A stretch of DNA of 62,031 nucleotides, taken from Rickettsiales bacterium (ex Bugula neritina AB1) (GTDB lineage: Bacteria > Pseudomonadota > Alphaproteobacteria > CAJXXZ01 > UBA1459). The notes beneath the pieces are model-generated. The model did no database searches. It saw only the letters and a program-made list of their open reading frames with translations, and was not told the origin of the DNA. This document shows, piece after piece, positions 60,773-62,031 of the stretch (its first letter is position 1; every line of letters starts with the position of its first letter). A program made the position numbers and the translations under genes. The stretch covers positions 1-62,031 of the forward strand of contig MDLE01000001.1 of the NCBI GenBank assembly GCA_001730065.1, in the 5' to 3' direction.

Positions 60773-61960
60773 ATGAAATATACATTATATTATTTATTTT
60801 TATTAAATTATCTTACAGCAGATGTAAAAAAAACAAGTTATGTACCTAATAATAGTAATTCAATGTTTGATTTTTTACCATTGAATTTTAAAGGTGATAT
60901 GTCTTTTAAGAGCGAAAGAGTACCAGATAATAGAAGTTATATTGTACCTAGTGCAACAATAGAGTATATATATAATACCGCTAAGAATGACATAATTATC
61001 AAAATATTTCCTCCAGGTTTTTTTTATAGTGAAAATAATGCATCAGATTCTTATTTTTTAAAGAAAAAAAATGACTATACTTCTTCACCTTATATATCAA
61101 GTTTTACAGGAAGTTTATGGGATAAAATAAATTTTTCATGTTTATTAGAAAATTTAATAGGTTTAGACATGACAAGTTCTAGATCATTATTACCTAATTT
61201 AACTAATAAAGATATTAAATTTGAGGATCTATCTATTAAATTAAATCGTATGTTAAATAATAATAAACTAAACATTTATTTTTTACGTCATAATAAAAAA
61301 ATAACTTATATGGGAGGTATGGTTTTTTTTCCATTTTATTTTAATTTGATGCAAAAAAGCTTTATAAATGTTTTATCATTATGGCTTCATAATACTTGGA
61401 AATATAAAAATTTAAATATATCTTTAACAGGTCTTATGGATAATAAAGAAGAAAATAGTATGGAAATAATGATATTTTTGTCTATTAATATATTAGAAAG
61501 ATTGAAAATAACTTTTAAAAATAATTTAAATAAAAAAAATTTAGATATGGTATTTTTATTTATTATTTTTAAAAAATGGAAAAATATAGAAAATTTTAGT
61601 GTTATGTTAAATACTACTTCAAAAAATCCTCAGCAGGATTTTATAGATACTTTTTACAACTTATATACATTAATAAATAGATTTCATTTTGGTTTTAAAT
61701 TAGTTTATAACATAACAAATATATATAATTTAGAATTATTATTTATATTACCAAAAATTTTCACACAAAATACAGGAGTTTTAAAATATTATTCCTTTAA
61801 CCCTTTTGTCAATGATGTATTTTCACCAATCAATAATAATGTATTTTCACCATTAGAAAAAACAGTAAATGTTCTTAAATTTACTGTAAAGATTACTGGT
61901 GAATCCAAAAAAACAAAACCTGTTATTGCAAAAAATGAAACAAATTTATTATTATATTAA
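60773..61960 (+). CDS. Hypothetical secreted protein (possible outer-membrane beta-barrel)
   Basis: Signal peptide MKYTLYYLFLLNYLTA; aromatic-rich alternating segments. Confidence 0.55.
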   Translation: MKYTLYYLFLLNYLTADVKKTSYVPNNSNSMFDFLPLNFKGDMSFKSERVPDNRSYIVPSATIEYIYNTAKNDIIIKIFPPGFFYSENNASDSYFLKKKNDYTSSPYISSFTGSLWDKINFSCLLENLIGLDMTSSRSLLPNLTNKDIKFEDLSIKLNRMLNNNKLNIYFLRHNKKITYMGGMVFFPFYFNLMQKSFINVLSLWLHNTWKYKNLNISLTGLMDNKEENSMEIMIFLSINILERLKITFKNNLNKKNLDMVFLFIIFKKWKNIENFSVMLNTTSKNPQQDFIDTFYNLYTLINRFHFGFKLVYNITNIYNLELLFILPKIFTQNTGVLKYYSFNPFVNDVFSPINNNVFSPLEKTVNVLKFTVKITGESKKTKPVIAKNETNLLLY

Positions 61961-62031
61961 ATTATTGAAAAGAATGAAGAATATCAATATAATAATGATT
62001 AAAAAACAAGCTTCCCAAAAAGTTTTTTGTG

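Overview
Very AT-rich (roughly 20% GC by eye), gene-dense chromosome segment of a reduced-genome intracellular bacterium using the standard code 11. Several features point to an alphaproteobacterium, probably a Holosporales/Rickettsiales-like protist endosymbiont (inference): atpHAGDC is separate from atpB, there is an alpha-type SspB, the initiator tRNA has A29-U41, and there is an H+-PPase. The window holds housekeeping genes (recG, pth, rseP, dnaJ, dnaB, clpP, yajC, atp genes, serS, greA, secA, rnhA, lysS, rnpA, hppA, ftsH, tatD, pheS, recA, trpS, PBP1A, rpoD, UDG), nine tRNAs without encoded CCA, dispersed and eroded type VI secretion genes (tssL-tssM, tssG, perhaps a mini-VgrG) and many signal-peptide orphans. 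Most notable: (1) first genes of transcription units appear almost all leaderless (-10 box 6-9 nt before ATG), while internal operon genes carry Shine-Dalgarno sites; (2) a set of apparently exported or membrane-anchored AAA+ ATPases without protease activity (a Ser-less Lon and two FtsH-like ATPases); (3) a tRNA-Leu(CAA) lacking the variable arm, an atypical initiator tRNA and several retained C34 isoacceptors; (4) pheS is split by a frameshift in an A13 tract. No mobile element, CRISPR array or rRNA was seen. All family calls are from motif recognition by eye, without database searches.
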